This document shows, in pieces, positions 49,110 to 61,004 of a stretch of DNA of 64,000 nt. The stretch is from Squalus acanthias. Lineage: Eukaryota. The position numbers were made by a program, and so were the translations under genes. The DNA lies in contig CM059432.1 in assembly GCA_030390025.1 (NCBI GenBank), positions 99,016,001-99,080,000 of the forward strand, given 5' to 3'. How positions within the stretch are numbered: position 1 is the first letter of the stretch; every line of letters begins with the position of its first letter. The notes below the pieces were generated by a model. That model saw only the letters and a list, made by a program, of their open reading frames with translations. It was not told where the DNA came from and searched no databases.

Positions 49110-52100
49110 TCATACGTGGCTAGACGAATGGTGCAAGGGGGAGGGATTCAAATTATTGGGACATTGGAACCAGTTCTGAAGGAGGTGGGACCAGTACAAA
49201 CTGGATGGTTTGCACCTGGGCAGGACCGGGACCAATGTCCTAGGGGGAGTGTTTGCTAGTGCTATTGGGGAGGGTTTAAACTAAAATGGCAGGGGGTTGG
49301 AAACCTGTGCAGGGACACAGAGGAAAGGGAAGCAAGGAGAGAAGCAAAAGACAGGAAGGAGAAAAGCAAAAGTGAAAGGCAGAGAAATCAAGGGTGTAAA
49401 TCAAACATGGCCACAGTAAACAATAATTCTAAAAGGTCTAAGAGTGTTAAAAAAATAAGCCTGAAGGCTTTGTGTCTTAATGCAAGGAGCATTCGTAATA
49501 AGGTGGATGAATTAGCTGTGCAAATAGATGTAAACAAATATGATATAATTGGGATTACGGAGTCATGGCTCCAGGGTGACCAAGGCTGGGAATTCAATAT
49601 CCAGGGGTATTCAATATTTAGGAAGGACAGGCAAAAAGGAAAAGGAGGTGGGGTAGCATTGCTGGTTAAAGAGGAGATTAACACAATAGTAAGGAAGGAT
49701 ATTAGCTCTGATGATGTGGAATCTGTATGGGTAGAACTGAGAAATAACAAGGGGCAGAAAACGTTAGTGGGAGTTGTATACAGACCCCCAAACAGTAATG
49801 CTGAGGTTGGGGATGGCATTAAATGGGAACTTAGAGACGCATGCAATAATGGCACAGCAGTTATGATGGGTGAATTTAATCTACATATAGATTGGGCTAA
49901 CCAAATTAGTAACAATACTGTGGAGGAGGAATTCCTAGAGTGTATACGGGATGGTTTCCTGGACCAATATGTCGAGGAACCAACTGGAGATCAGGCCATC
50001 TTAGATTGGGTATTATGTAATGAGAAAGGATTAATTAGCAATCTTGTTGTGCGAGGCCCTTTGGCGAGGAGCAATCATAATATGATAGAATTAAGATGGA
50101 GAGTGAAGTAGTTGACTCAGATACTAGGGTCCTGAATTTAAATAAAGGAAACTACGATGGTATGAGGCGCGAGTTGGCTAGGATGGATTAGGGAACGTTA
50201 CTTAAAGGGTTGACGGTGGATAGGCAATGGCAAACATTTAAAGATCGCATGGATGAACTACAGAATTTGTTCATCCCTGTTTGGCATAAAAATAAAACAA
50301 AAAAGGTGACTCAACCATGGCTAACAAGAGAAATTAGGGATAGCATAAGATCCAAGGAGAGGACATATAAATTGGCCAGAAAAAGCAGCAAACCTGAGGA
50401 TGGGGAGCAGTTTAGGATTCAGCAAATGAGGACAAAGGGATTAATTAAGAGGGGGGAAATAGAGTATGAGAGTAAGCTTGTAGGGAACATAAAAAATGAC
50501 TGTAAAAGCTTCTATAGATATATGAAGAGAAAAAGATTGGTGAAGTCAACTGTAGGTCCCTTGCAGTCAGAATCAGGGGAATTTATAATGAGGAACAAAG
50601 AAATGGCAGACCAATTAAATACATACTTTGGTTCTGTCTTCACAAAGGAGGACACAAACAACCTCCCAGAGATGTCGGGGAACATAGGGTCTAATGAGAG
50701 GGAGGAACTGAATGAAATCAGTAATTTTAGGGAAATGGTGTTAGGGAAATTGACGGGATTGAAGGCCGATAAATCCCCAGGGCCTGATAATCTACATCCT
50801 AGGGTACTTAAGCAATGGTCCTAGAAATAGTAGATGCATTGCTGGTCATCTTTCAAAATTCTCTAGACTCTGGAACAGTTCCCATGGATTGGAGGGTAGC
50901 TAATGTAACCCCACTATTTAAAAAAGGTGGTAGAGAGAAAACGGGGAATTATAGACCGGTAAGCCTGACATCGGTAGTGGGGAAATTGCTAGAGTCCATT
51001 ATAAAAGATGTAATAGCAGAGCACTTGGAAAACAGTGACAGGATCGGACAAAGTCAACATGGATTTACTAAAGGTAAATCATGCTTGACTAATCTACTGG
51101 AATTCTTTGAGGATGTAACTGGTAGAATAGATAAGGGAGAACCAGTGGATGTGGTGTATTTGGACTTTCAGAAGGCTTTCGACAAGGTCCCGCAGAAGAG
51201 ATTAGCGTGCAAAGTTAAAGCACATGGGATTGGGGGTACGGTACTGACTTGGATAGAGAACTGATTGGCAGACAGGAAGCAAAGAGTTGGAATAAACGAG
51301 TCTTTTTCCGAGTGGCAGGCAGTGACTAGTGGGGTACCGCAGGGATCGGTGCTAGGACCCCAGTTATTCACAATATATATTAATGATCTAGACGAGGGAA
51401 CTAGATGTAATATCTCCAAGTTTGCAGATGACACTAAGTTGGGTGGGAGTGTGCGCTGTGAGGAGGATGCAGAGAAACTCCAGTATGTTGGACAGGTTGG
51501 GTGATTGGGCAGATGCATGGCAGATGCAGTATAATGTGGATAAATGCGAGGTTAGCCACATTGGTGGCAAAAACAGGAAGGCAGGTTATTATCTGAACGG
51601 CAATAGATTGGGAAAAGGGGAAGTGCAACAAGACCTGGGTGTCCTTGTGCACCAGTCGCTGAAGGTAAGCATGCAGGTGCAGCAGGCGGTTAAGAAGGCA
51701 AATGGTATGTTGGCCTTCATAGTGAGAGGATTCGAGTACAGGTGCAAGGATGTCTTGCTGCAGTTGTACAGGGCCTTGTTGAGACCACACCTTGAGTATT
51801 GTGTGCAGTTTTGGTCGCCTTATCTGAGGAAGGATGTTCTTGCCATGGAAGGAGTTCAGCGAAGATTCACCAGAGTGATACCTGGGATGGCAGGAATGAC
51901 GTATGAAGAGAGATTGGGTCTATTAGGCTTATATACACTAGAGTTTAGAAGAATGAGAGGGGATCTCATTGAAACTTATAAAATTCTAACAGGACTAGAC
52001 AGACTAGATGCAGGAAGGATGTTCCCGATGGCGGGGGAGTCCAGAACCAAGGGTTACAGTCTAAGGATAAGGTGTAAGCCATTTAGGACTGAGATGAGGA

Positions 52101-52352
52101 GGAATTTCTTCACCCAGAGAGTGGTGAACCTGTGGATTTCTCTACCACAGAAGGCAGTTGAGGCCAATTCATTAAATATATCCAAGAAGGAGTTAGATAT
52201 ATTTCTTAAGGCTAAGGGATCAAGGGATATGGGGAGAAAGCAGGGACTGGGTACTGAATTTGGATGATCAGCCATGATCTCATTAAATGGTGGAACAGGC
52301 TCGAGGGGCCGAATGGCCTACTCCTGCTCCTATCTTCTATGTTTCTATGTTT
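49110..52352 (+). mobile_element. CR1 LINE with ORF1 3' end and disrupted ORF2
   Basis: DGLHL (ORF1 esterase end), APE motifs (LNARSI, ITESW), RT motifs ([21 protein letters not shown]), several stops and frameshifts, and a (TCTATGTT)n tail. Confidence 0.93.
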
Positions 52353-53118
52353 CTCCCTCGCATCCATTTGCTGTCTTCACTCCTTTTGCAGCCTTTATGT
52401 CGCTTTTATGACTTCTGGGCATAGATCTTGACTTTTTGCGTTAGTGTAAAACGGGTGATAGCAAATTAGCAGCCCGCTATAGATCTCTTCCAATTTTTAT
52501 TTCCATTGAGTTCATTTCTAAAAAGGTTCTCTTCAAATACTAGCAGAGATCAAAGAAATTTGTTGACAGCAAGATGCTAGATGTCTCCTGAACGACCAGA
52601 CATTGCAAACGGACGGGCCATTGCTTGGGATTTGTGTGAAACAACCGCCCAAACTGCATTCAAATCATCTGTCTTCTGCCCGTGCATGGCAACCCAGCAT
52701 GGGTCTGTCTGCCATATCTATTCCCTTTCAGGCAAGCTTCTGCCCAAAACATATATTAAAACCACTTATGTCCAACCTCACTGAAGAAATCCAAGCAATT
52801 ACACATATGCAAATTAATACTGCCATGGAGGCTCCTCAACAATCGAGTATTCCATGCCACTGCAGATATACCGTGAGGTTAACAAACTGAAGTTTTCCAT
52901 TCCTATAGAAATGTGTCATAAATAGATCTTTTCAGCCTTACAGCATAAGCGTAGCAGCCATTGAAATTTTCTTTCAGTGCAAAAGAAGGAGGAAAGGGCA
53001 TAGGAAAATCACAACTTGTAGAAAAAGTTGCTCTGTACAGTGGGTTCTGCTCAGTAGATGGAGCTATCTGGGCATGATAGAGGACTATTACCTTAGGAAG
53101 CTCAGGATCAGAAAATGT

Positions 53119-53282
53119 GCCCTGAATTTCTGTAGGAGTTGTCCCAATCTCTCACCATAACTTTTGCAGGAGAACAGTGGAACTCTCAGAAAAATGGAGT
53201 AAATTACCATTTATGCCATTTCTCTGAGACTTCTGCCAAAGTTATGGCAGGAGATTGGAAGAAGCCCACAGGAATTCAGGGC
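53119..53282. repeat. ~164-bp fold-back micro-MITE
   Basis: GCCCTGAATT...AATTCAGGGC termini with internal arms CCAATCTC..CCATAACTTT / AAAGTTATGG..GAGATTGG. Confidence 0.65.
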
Positions 53283-53491
53283 CAGAGATTATAACTGCAG
53301 TATGCTGACTAGTCCAAACAGACCTCCAAGCAGCTAACCATCTACATAGCATTACTACTGCAGAGAAGAATTTATATGCCATTGAGGCAATTAAACGTGC
53401 AACAGCATTTTGAAGCTAAAGAAAGGTTGGATGACTGCTTGGGGGTATGGGCTATGTGGCGCAACTATAGGCGATATGACCTAGACACTAA

Positions 53492-54246
53492 GGGGGCGAT
53501 TTTGCCAGCCCTGGGGAGGCGGGTATGGAGGCGGGTCTGCCGGGAAAATGGCAGAATTTGGGGGTGGCTGCCCAACCTGCCCCCAATCCGCCTCCATGCC
53601 ATCTTCCTAGGAGGCGGGTAGCCATCCCGCGCTGGGTCATGTCTCCTTGGATGTGGGAAGGGATTAAAGCCTATTAACTGCCTGTTAACAGGTAGTTAAC
53701 AGGCAGAAAATAGGATCATCCCCTTTTTGCCCTCACAAGTGCGGGCATCCCGAAGGCTCCGAAACCCGCCAGGTCAGCGAGGCGAGTAGGGGGTCTGCGG
53801 GGTGCAAAAGTGTGGTGTGAAGGTAAGTGATGGGTGCAAGAGTGGAGAGGTGAGTATCTGAGGTAAGTGCAAAGTGTTATTAAAAGTGTACTTACCTTTG
53901 TTTCTTCCTGCAGGCTTCAGTTGATGTGTATGCGGAGAGTCTTGGACCTCCGCATTGGGAATGACAGGTGGCCTTTGCATTCACAGATGCAACAACCATC
54001 TCATTTCTGTAAAAGAAAGAAGTTTGATGGGGTCTTGTATTAAATTTTTTTGACATGAAACGTCATACGTTGACGTTCTCTGCAACCGGCTTTTCCTTAA
54101 TTGGCCTGCTAAACCCGCTGGGCGGGCTTAACAAGGTCAATCAAGGGAAAATAGCATGGGTTCGCCAGAAGTTGTTGGAGGCGGGACTGAAACCCGACAA
54201 GTGGGAGTCCCACCTCCAAAAGCTCCCCATTGACAAAATTACCCCC
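53492..54246. mobile_element. MITE family 1, copy 3 (internal deletion)
   Basis: TIRs GGGGGCGATTTTG / CAAAATTACCCCC and TSD TAA. Homologous to 8528-9373. Confidence 0.93.
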
Positions 54247-55454
54247 TAAGAGAACAAATACAAAGTGCTGGATTTTCAATGACCCGTGGAGTCGGGTTTG
54301 GAGGCGTGTGGGGGGTTAAAGTTGCAGATTCGGGGGTCCCGACCCCATCCCGCCTCCAACCCGCCTCCATGCCAGTTTCGCTGGCAGCGGGTACCCGACC
54401 TTTGCTGGGACCCGACTCCCCGGCGGGAAGGGATTAGTGATAATTAACTACCTGTTAACAGGTAGTTAACAGGCAGTTTTTTGGATAATCCCTATTTTAA
54501 AAGGTGAAATGTGGGCTTCCCGACAGGTGGCAACCATGCCAAGTTATCGGGGCGGACCGTGGGTCTGCAGGGGTTGGAGGGGTCGATATGTCCGGTGGGC
54601 AGGTGAGTGATGGGTGCATGTGTGCAGAGGTAAGTGTGTAAGGTAAGTGCTAAGGGCTGGATTTTGAATGACCCTTGGAGTTGGGTTTGGAGGCGTGTGG
54701 GGGGTTAAATTTGCGGGGTCGGGGGTCCCGACCCCATCACGACTCCATCCCGCCTCCACGCAATTTTGACAAAATCAGTCGCGGGGGTTCCCAACTCCGT
54801 CCCGCCTCCAAGAGGCGGGAGATGCCAAAAAAGCCCTTAACAAGCCCTAAATTGGCTCTGTAATGCCATTTTGAAACGTTTTAGCTAGTTTAGCCCTTTT
54901 CCCACGTGAAGTACGCCTGATGTGAAACACTCCAGTGAAACCTGGCGGGAGCACAAGTGGATAGCTGACTATCAGCTGCAGGTCCACTATTACAACAGAG
55001 ATGTGATGAAGGTAGTAGTAGTATTAGGTCTGAAAGTTGCCTCAGATGCTGTTGCATTGAATGTCTTCAGAGACTGAATGGCATTTGCTGTGAGAGGACT
55101 TGGATGCAAAAAAAATTCTCTCTCTCTCTCTCTCACCTACATTTTGCATCCAGGTCCACTCACATGAAAAGCCAGGCAGGTCCTCTCTCACCAACAGCCA
55201 GACAGTCTCTGACAGCATAAGAACATAAGAACATAAGAAATAGGAGCAGGAGTAGGCCAATCGGCCCCTCGAGCCTGCTCCGCCATTCAATAAGATCATG
55301 GCTGATCTGATCCTAACCGCCAATCTACAATCTATCACAGAACCATCTCCTGCATCTAACAGAATTGCACACACGAAATAGGAGCAGAATCAGGCTACAC
55401 AGTCCCTGGGCCCGCTCCACTAACCACAGGGCCATGACCGATCCGAACCTAGAC

Positions 55455-58406
55455 TCATGTCCAAATTCCTGCCCGCTCCCCGTAACCCTTAATGCCCTTT
55501 ACTTCTAGGAAACTGTCTATTTCTGTTTTAAATTTAATTAATGTTGTAGCTTCTACAGCTTTTTGTGGCAGCATATTCCATGGACCTACCACCCTCTGAG
55601 TGAAGTAGTTCCTCCTCATCTCAGTTTTGAAAGAGCAGCCCCTTATTCTAAGACTATGTCCCCTAGTTCTCGTCTCACCCGTCATCGGGAACATCCTCCC
55701 CGCATCCACCCGATCCAACCCCTTCACAATCTTATATGTTTCAATAAGATCGCCTCTCATTCTTCTGAACTCCAATGAGTAGAGTCCCAATCTACCCAAC
55801 CTCTCCTCATATGACCGCCCCCTCATCCCCGGGATTAACCGAGTGAACCTTTTTTGCACTGCCTCGAGAGCAAGGATGTCTTTCCTTAAGTAAGGACACC
55901 AAAACTGTATGCAGTATTCCAGGTGCGGTCTCACCAATACCTTGTACAACTGAAGCAATACCTCCCTATTTTTATATTCTATCCCCCTAGCAATGAAAGC
56001 CAACATTCCATTTGCCTTCTTAATCACTTGCTGCACCTGCATACTAACCTTTTGAGTTTCGTGCACCAGGACCCCCAGATCCCTTTGCACTTCAGTACTC
56101 TCCAGTTTCTTGCCATTAAGATAATAAATTGCTCTAGGATTTTTCCTGCCAAAGTGCATCACCTCACACTTTCCAGTGTTGTATTCCATCTGCCAAATCT
56201 CTGCCCACTTACTTAGCCTGTCTATGTCCCCTTGCAGGTTTTTTATGTCCTCCTCACTCACTACTTTCCCTCCCATCTTTGTATCATCTGCAAATTTTGA
56301 TATGTTACACTTGGTCCCTTCCTCCAAATCGTTAATATAGATTGTGAAGAGTTGGGGACCCAGCACTGACCCCTGTGGAACACCACTAGTTACTGATTGC
56401 CAGTCTGAGAATGAACCATTTATCCCAACTCTTTGCTTTCTGTTAGATAGCCAATCCTCTATCCATGCCAGAATATTACCCCCAATCCCGTGATTTTTTA
56501 CCTTAAGCAATAATCTTTTGTGTGGCACCTTGTCAAATGCCTTTTGGAAGTCTAAATACACTACGTCCACTGGTTCCCCTTTATCCACTCTATATGTTAC
56601 TTCCTCAAAGAACTCCAGCAAATTTGTCAAACATGACTTCCCCTTCGTAAAACCATGCTGACTTTGTCCTATTAAATTATGATTATCCAAATGTCCTGTT
56701 ACTGTTTCCTTAATAATGGACTCCAAAATTTTACCTACCACAGATGTTAGGCTAACCGGTCTATAGTTACCAGCCTTCTGTCTACTGCCCTTTTTAAATA
56801 AGGGTGTTACATTAGCAGTTTTCCAGTCTGCCGGGACCTTAGCGGAATCCAGGGAGTTTTGAAAAATTATTACCAATGCATCTACAATCCCTACCGCCAC
56901 TTCCTTCAAGACTCTAGGATGTAAGCCATCAGGTCCAGGTGATTTATCCGCCTTGAGTCCCATTATTTTACCGAGTACCACTTCCTTAGTGATTTTGATC
57001 GTGTTTAGCTCCTCTCCCCCTATAGCCCCCTGTTTGTCCAGTGTTGGGATATTCTTAGTGTCCTCTACTGTAAAGACTGATACAAAATATTCATTCAGTG
57101 TTTTTGCCATCTCCATATTTCCCACCATTAATTTCCCGGTCTCATCCTCTAAGGGACCAACATTTACTTTAGCCACCCTTTTTCTTTTTATATAACTATA
57201 AAAACTCTTACTATCTGTTTTTATATTTTTTGCTAATTTACTTTCATAATCTATCTTCCCTTTCTTAATCAATCTTTTTGTTATTTTTTGCTGCCTTTTA
57301 AAGTTTTCCCAATCCTCTGTCCTCCCACTAGATTTCGCTACCTTATATGCCCTTGTTTTTAGTCGAATACTATCCTTAATTTCTTTACTTAGCCACGGAT
57401 GACTGTCCTTTCTTTTACACCCTTTTCTTTTCAGTGGAATATATTTTTTTTGGAAGTTGTAAAATAACTCCTTGAATGTACACCACTGATCATGTGTCGT
57501 CTTACCCTTTAATCTATTTTCCCAATCCACTCTACTCAATTCCGCTCGCATACCTTCATAGTCTCCTTTATTCAAGCTTAGCACGCTTGTTTGAGATCCA
57601 ACCTTCTCACCCTCTAATTGAATATGGAATTCAACCATGTTATGGTCACTCATTCCAAGGGGATCCTTTACTAGGACATTTTTAATTAATCCTGTCTCGT
57701 TACACAGGACCAGATCTAAGGTTGCTTGCCCCCTGGTCGGTTCAGTTACATACTGCTCAAGAAACCCATCCCTAATACACTCAATGAACTCATCCTCAAG
57801 GCAGCCCTGCCCCATTTGATTTGTCCAATTAATATGATAGTTAAAATCCCCCATAATTATAGATGTTCCCTTATTACATGCCTCAACTATTTCCTGATTG
57901 ATACTCCGTCCAATAGAGTTGCAACTGTTCGGAGGCCTATAGACTACGCCCACTAATGTTTTTTTTCCCTTATTATTCCTTATCTCCACCCAAACTGTTT
58001 CATTATCATGATTTTTTGACCCAATATCATTACTCTGTATTACAGTGATTCCTTCCTTTATTAACATAGCCACCCCACCTCCCCTTCCTTCCTGCCTGTC
58101 CTTCCTGATCGTTAAATAACCTGGTATGTTTAATTCCCAGGCATTGTCACCCTGCAGCCATGTTTCTGTAATGGCCACAATATCATAACCATATGTAGTT
58201 ATTTGTGCCATTAACTCGTCTATTTTGTTACGAATGCTACGTGCATTCAGATAGAGAACTTTCAAATATGCTTTGTGGCACTTAGTTCCTGCTTTTTCAC
58301 TTTTTACCAGTTTACCTTTTACTCCACACACTCTGTCCCTTCCTGCCACGCTCTGATTTGTGATTCCCCTACTGCTACCTATGTCTATGACCCTCTCTGT
58401 TGTCAT
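55455..58406 (-). CDS. CR1 ORF2: APE endonuclease and reverse transcriptase (983 aa)
   Basis: Uninterrupted ORF. APE motifs YLNARS, ITETW, GDFN, SDH. RT motifs [29 protein letters not shown]. Confidence 0.96.
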   Translation of the reverse strand: MTTERVIDIGSSRGITNQSVAGRDRVCGVKGKLVKSEKAGTKCHKAYLKVLYLNARSIRNKIDELMAQITTYGYDIVAITETWLQGDNAWELNIPGYLTIRKDRQEGRGGGVAMLIKEGITVIQSNDIGSKNHDNETVWVEIRNNKGKKTLVGVVYRPPNSCNSIGRSINQEIVEACNKGTSIIMGDFNYHINWTNQMGQGCLEDEFIECIRDGFLEQYVTEPTRGQATLDLVLCNETGLIKNVLVKDPLGMSDHNMVEFHIQLEGEKVGSQTSVLSLNKGDYEGMRAELSRVDWENRLKGKTTHDQWCTFKELFYNFQKKYIPLKRKGCKRKDSHPWLSKEIKDSIRLKTRAYKVAKSSGRTEDWENFKRQQKITKRLIKKGKIDYESKLAKNIKTDSKSFYSYIKRKRVAKVNVGPLEDETGKLMVGNMEMAKTLNEYFVSVFTVEDTKNIPTLDKQGAIGGEELNTIKITKEVVLGKIMGLKADKSPGPDGLHPRVLKEVAVGIVDALVIIFQNSLDSAKVPADWKTANVTPLFKKGSRQKAGNYRPVSLTSVVGKILESIIKETVTGHLDNHNLIGQSQHGFTKGKSCLTNLLEFFEEVTYRVDKGEPVDVVYLDFQKAFDKVPHKRLLLKVKNHGIGGNILAWIEDWLSNRKQRVGINGSFSDWQSVTSGVPQGSVLGPQLFTIYINDLEEGTKCNISKFADDTKMGGKVVSEEDIKNLQGDIDRLSKWAEIWQMEYNTGKCEVMHFGRKNPRAIYYLNGKKLESTEVQRDLGVLVHETQKVSMQVQQVIKKANGMLAFIARGIEYKNREVLLQLYKVLVRPHLEYCIQFWCPYLRKDILALEAVQKRFTRLIPGMRGRSYEERLGRLGLYSLEFRRMRGDLIETYKIVKGLDRVDAGRMFPMTGETRTRGHSLRIRGCSFKTEMRRNYFTQRVVGPWNMLPQKAVEATTLIKFKTEIDSFLEVKGIKGYGERAGIWT

Positions 58407-58444
58407 TTTTATTTTTTGCTCTCTTGAAACCTCCCCCCCACTAA

Positions 58445-59401
58445 TTAGTTTAAAGCCCTCTCCACAGCCCTAGTTATTCGATTCGCCAGGACACTAGTCC
58501 CAGCACTGGCCAAGTGAAGTCCGTCCCAACGGAACAGCTCTCTCCTGCCCCAGTACTGGTGCCAGTGTCCCAAGAAGCAAAACCCATTTTTCCCACACCA
58601 GTCTTTGAGCCACGCATTCAACTCCCTGATTTTATTTACCCTAGCCAAATTTGCTCGTGGCTCAGGTAGTAATCCAGAGATTATTACCCTCGAGGTTCTG
58701 CTTTTTAATTTGGCCCCTAGCTGCTCAAACTCCCTCAGCAGAACCTCTTTCCTTGTCCTATCTATGTCATTGGTACCAACATGGACCACGACAACTGGAT
58801 CCTCCCCCTCCCACTCCAAGTTTCTCTCCAGCCCAGAGGAGATGTCCTTAACCCTGGCACCGGGCAGGCAACACAGCCTTCGGGACTCTCGCTCTTGGCT
58901 GCAAAGAACCCTATCTATCCCCCTAATGATACTATCCCCTACCACTACAACATTTCTTTTTACTCCCCCCACTTGAATGGCCCCCCTTACCACGGTGCTG
59001 TGGCCAGGTTGCTCATCCTCCCTGCAGTCCCCGCTCCTATCCACACAGGGAGTAAGAGCCTCGAACCTGTTGGACAAGAGCAAGGGCTGCGGCTCCTCCA
59101 ACACTACCTCCTGGATCCCTGTACCTGCTTCACTCGTAGTCACACCTTCCTGTCCCTGACCACGGGCTACTTTTGAATTAGTTACTCGAATTGGTGTGAC
59201 TACCTCCTGAAACACGGAGTCCAGGTAACTCTCCCCCTCCCTGATGTGTCGCAGTGTTTGAAGCTCGGACTCCAGCTCATCAACACGGAGCCGGAGTTCC
59301 TCGAGCAGCCAACACTTACTGCAAATGTGTTCACCGTGAACATCAATGGTGTCCACCAGCTCCCACATATTGCAGCAGTAACACATCACCTGCTCTCCCA
59401 T
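58445..59401 (-). CDS. CR1 ORF1: zinc finger/leucine zipper and SGNH esterase-like domain (318 aa)
   Basis: CxxC...CxxC followed by heptad LEELRLRVDELESEL, then GDSII, GTND and DGLHL blocks. This is a known CR1 ORF1 architecture. Confidence 0.93.
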   Translation of the reverse strand: MGEQVMCYCCNMWELVDTIDVHGEHICSKCWLLEELRLRVDELESELQTLRHIREGESYLDSVFQEVVTPIRVTNSKVARGQGQEGVTTSEAGTGIQEVVLEEPQPLLLSNRFEALTPCVDRSGDCREDEQPGHSTVVRGAIQVGGVKRNVVVVGDSIIRGIDRVLCSQERESRRLCCLPGARVKDISSGLERNLEWEGEDPVVVVHVGTNDIDRTRKEVLLREFEQLGAKLKSRTSRVIISGLLPEPRANLARVNKIRELNAWLKDWCGKNGFCFLGHWHQYWGRRELFRWDGLHLASAGTSVLANRITRAVERALN

Positions 59402-61004
59402 TCTATGTAATTAATTAAAAATGTATTATTTACCCTTCAGTTAATTTATGCCAGCAGTCTCTGCTACACCACAGATACCCGAGAAACTATAAAATTGAAG
59501 TTTTGTCTAAAAAAAAAGAGAAATACTCACCAACCAATCACTTACCTGCTTTCTGGTGACGTCACACTTCGATTTTTTTTTACCTCTCTCCTGCTCTCGG
59601 CTTGGTGAAAGCCTACCTGGTCGCTGCCGCCTTTTACCGCCGCCGCCTCGCCGCTGTTGCTCCACCCAGGTCCGCCGCCTCTGACATCATCAGAGGTGAC
59701 TTTCAGACTGAAACCACTAATTGGTTCTTGGGTTCCCACATACTGGAACTCAATTGCCCAATTAAGTGAAAATTCCATCATTCATCCACATTAATCTGGA
59801 GTCGGGGGCGGGGGGGAACACGAAATGCGGATGACACGACCCCAACCCGACCCCAAGACAAAATCCAGCCCTTAAGTGTGGGAAAAAGTTTTACTTACCT
59901 GAACTTCCTCCTGCAGGTGTCAGCCCTTCAGTTCTCGGGAGTCAGAAATCTCACCGGCACAGAAAGCAGAAAAGCCGTGGTCCTGTCAAAAACTGCAGCC
60001 TTCTATTTTCTGTGGTGGAATGATTTCTAACTCAGCCTGAGAGGAAGAACTCAAGTTAGAAATCATATTGTGAGTGTTTGACAGCTTCACAGAGCTGTCA
60101 AACGCTGATATTTCATCTGTCAAAAGCTCTTGACAGATGAAATGTCAATCTGTGACATCACCTGTTGCCGGGTGGCCCTTAATTGGCCTGCTGAGCCCAC
60201 TGGGCGGGCTCAACAAGGTCAATCAAGGGAAAAAACAGTGGGTTGGCCACATCTTGATGGAGGCGGGTATACAAGCCAAAATGTGGGATTCACGACACCA
60301 ACCCGACCTGAGTATCAAAATCCAGCCCAAAGATGCTAATGTGCGAACCACAATCATCATTGAGAAGATATTTGTGGTGCGAATGCAGCACCTGAGATGT
60401 TTGGGTTGGTGGATGAAGTGCACCTGCCAAGCATGAAGGACCAGCAGAAAAGCAGCCACGACAAATTTCCATCAGTTATATATTTTTTCTGTGCTGCTAA
60501 TTTACGGTAATATTCAACCCCTACCTTGTCGCGCTTCCTTAAATCATGAGATATCTGTATTGTTGCCTTACTGACATGTTATTTTGATTGCTGCATACTA
60601 ATAAAAAAAAACATTTCCTGCAATGATAGTAGTGTTTCCCTTTCAGTAGCTGACATTGTCTTTTGGCTATTAGGCCAGAGGATCCTCGGGAGTGTGTCTA
60701 TATTTGTAGATGATCCCCTGGAATGTGTTAACTAGTTGCAGGGGGACTCTGACTGCAAAAACAAATGAAAACCATTCCTCTATTCCAATGGTGTTCAGCC
60801 ATGCTCTCCGGTAATTGCACATTCCATATTTGCATTACTGAAGTTGATGGGCTTTCAACTGGTTAAGTGGCATCTTGCTGCTTGTGAGGTGTTGAAGGAT
60901 CATTATTACAAGTGCATCGTGATTGGCTGTTACATGCTCATTATTGGTAACAAGTCAATTTTTTCTGGAATTGCAAGCTGCAAAGAGGTGTGTTGCTGTG
61001 TTTT

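Larger units (their letters stand above)
55219..59678 (-). mobile_element. Full-length CR1 (HER1-like) LINE with intact ORFs
   Basis: GC-rich 5' end, ORF1, ORF2, 3' UTR and (TCTTATGT)n tail. Flanking direct repeat CTCTGACA(G/T)CAT. Confidence 0.95.
54654..59871. mobile_element. MITE family 4 (middle element of nest), split by a full-length CR1
   Basis: Perfect 13-bp TIR GGGCTGGATTTTG / CAAAATCCAGCCC, flanked by TAA / TTAA. Confidence 0.85.
54265..60328. mobile_element. MITE family 2, copy 2 (outer element of nest; halves 54265-54653 and 59872-60328)
   Basis: Ends GTGCTGGATTTT / AAAATCCAGCCC and TSD AAA. The halves join into an inverted homologue of 3708-4512. Confidence 0.88.

Noticed and set aside
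55563..59176. Plus-strand ORFs overlapping the CR1
   Set aside because: Short antisense shadows of ORF1 and ORF2 with no recognisable motifs.
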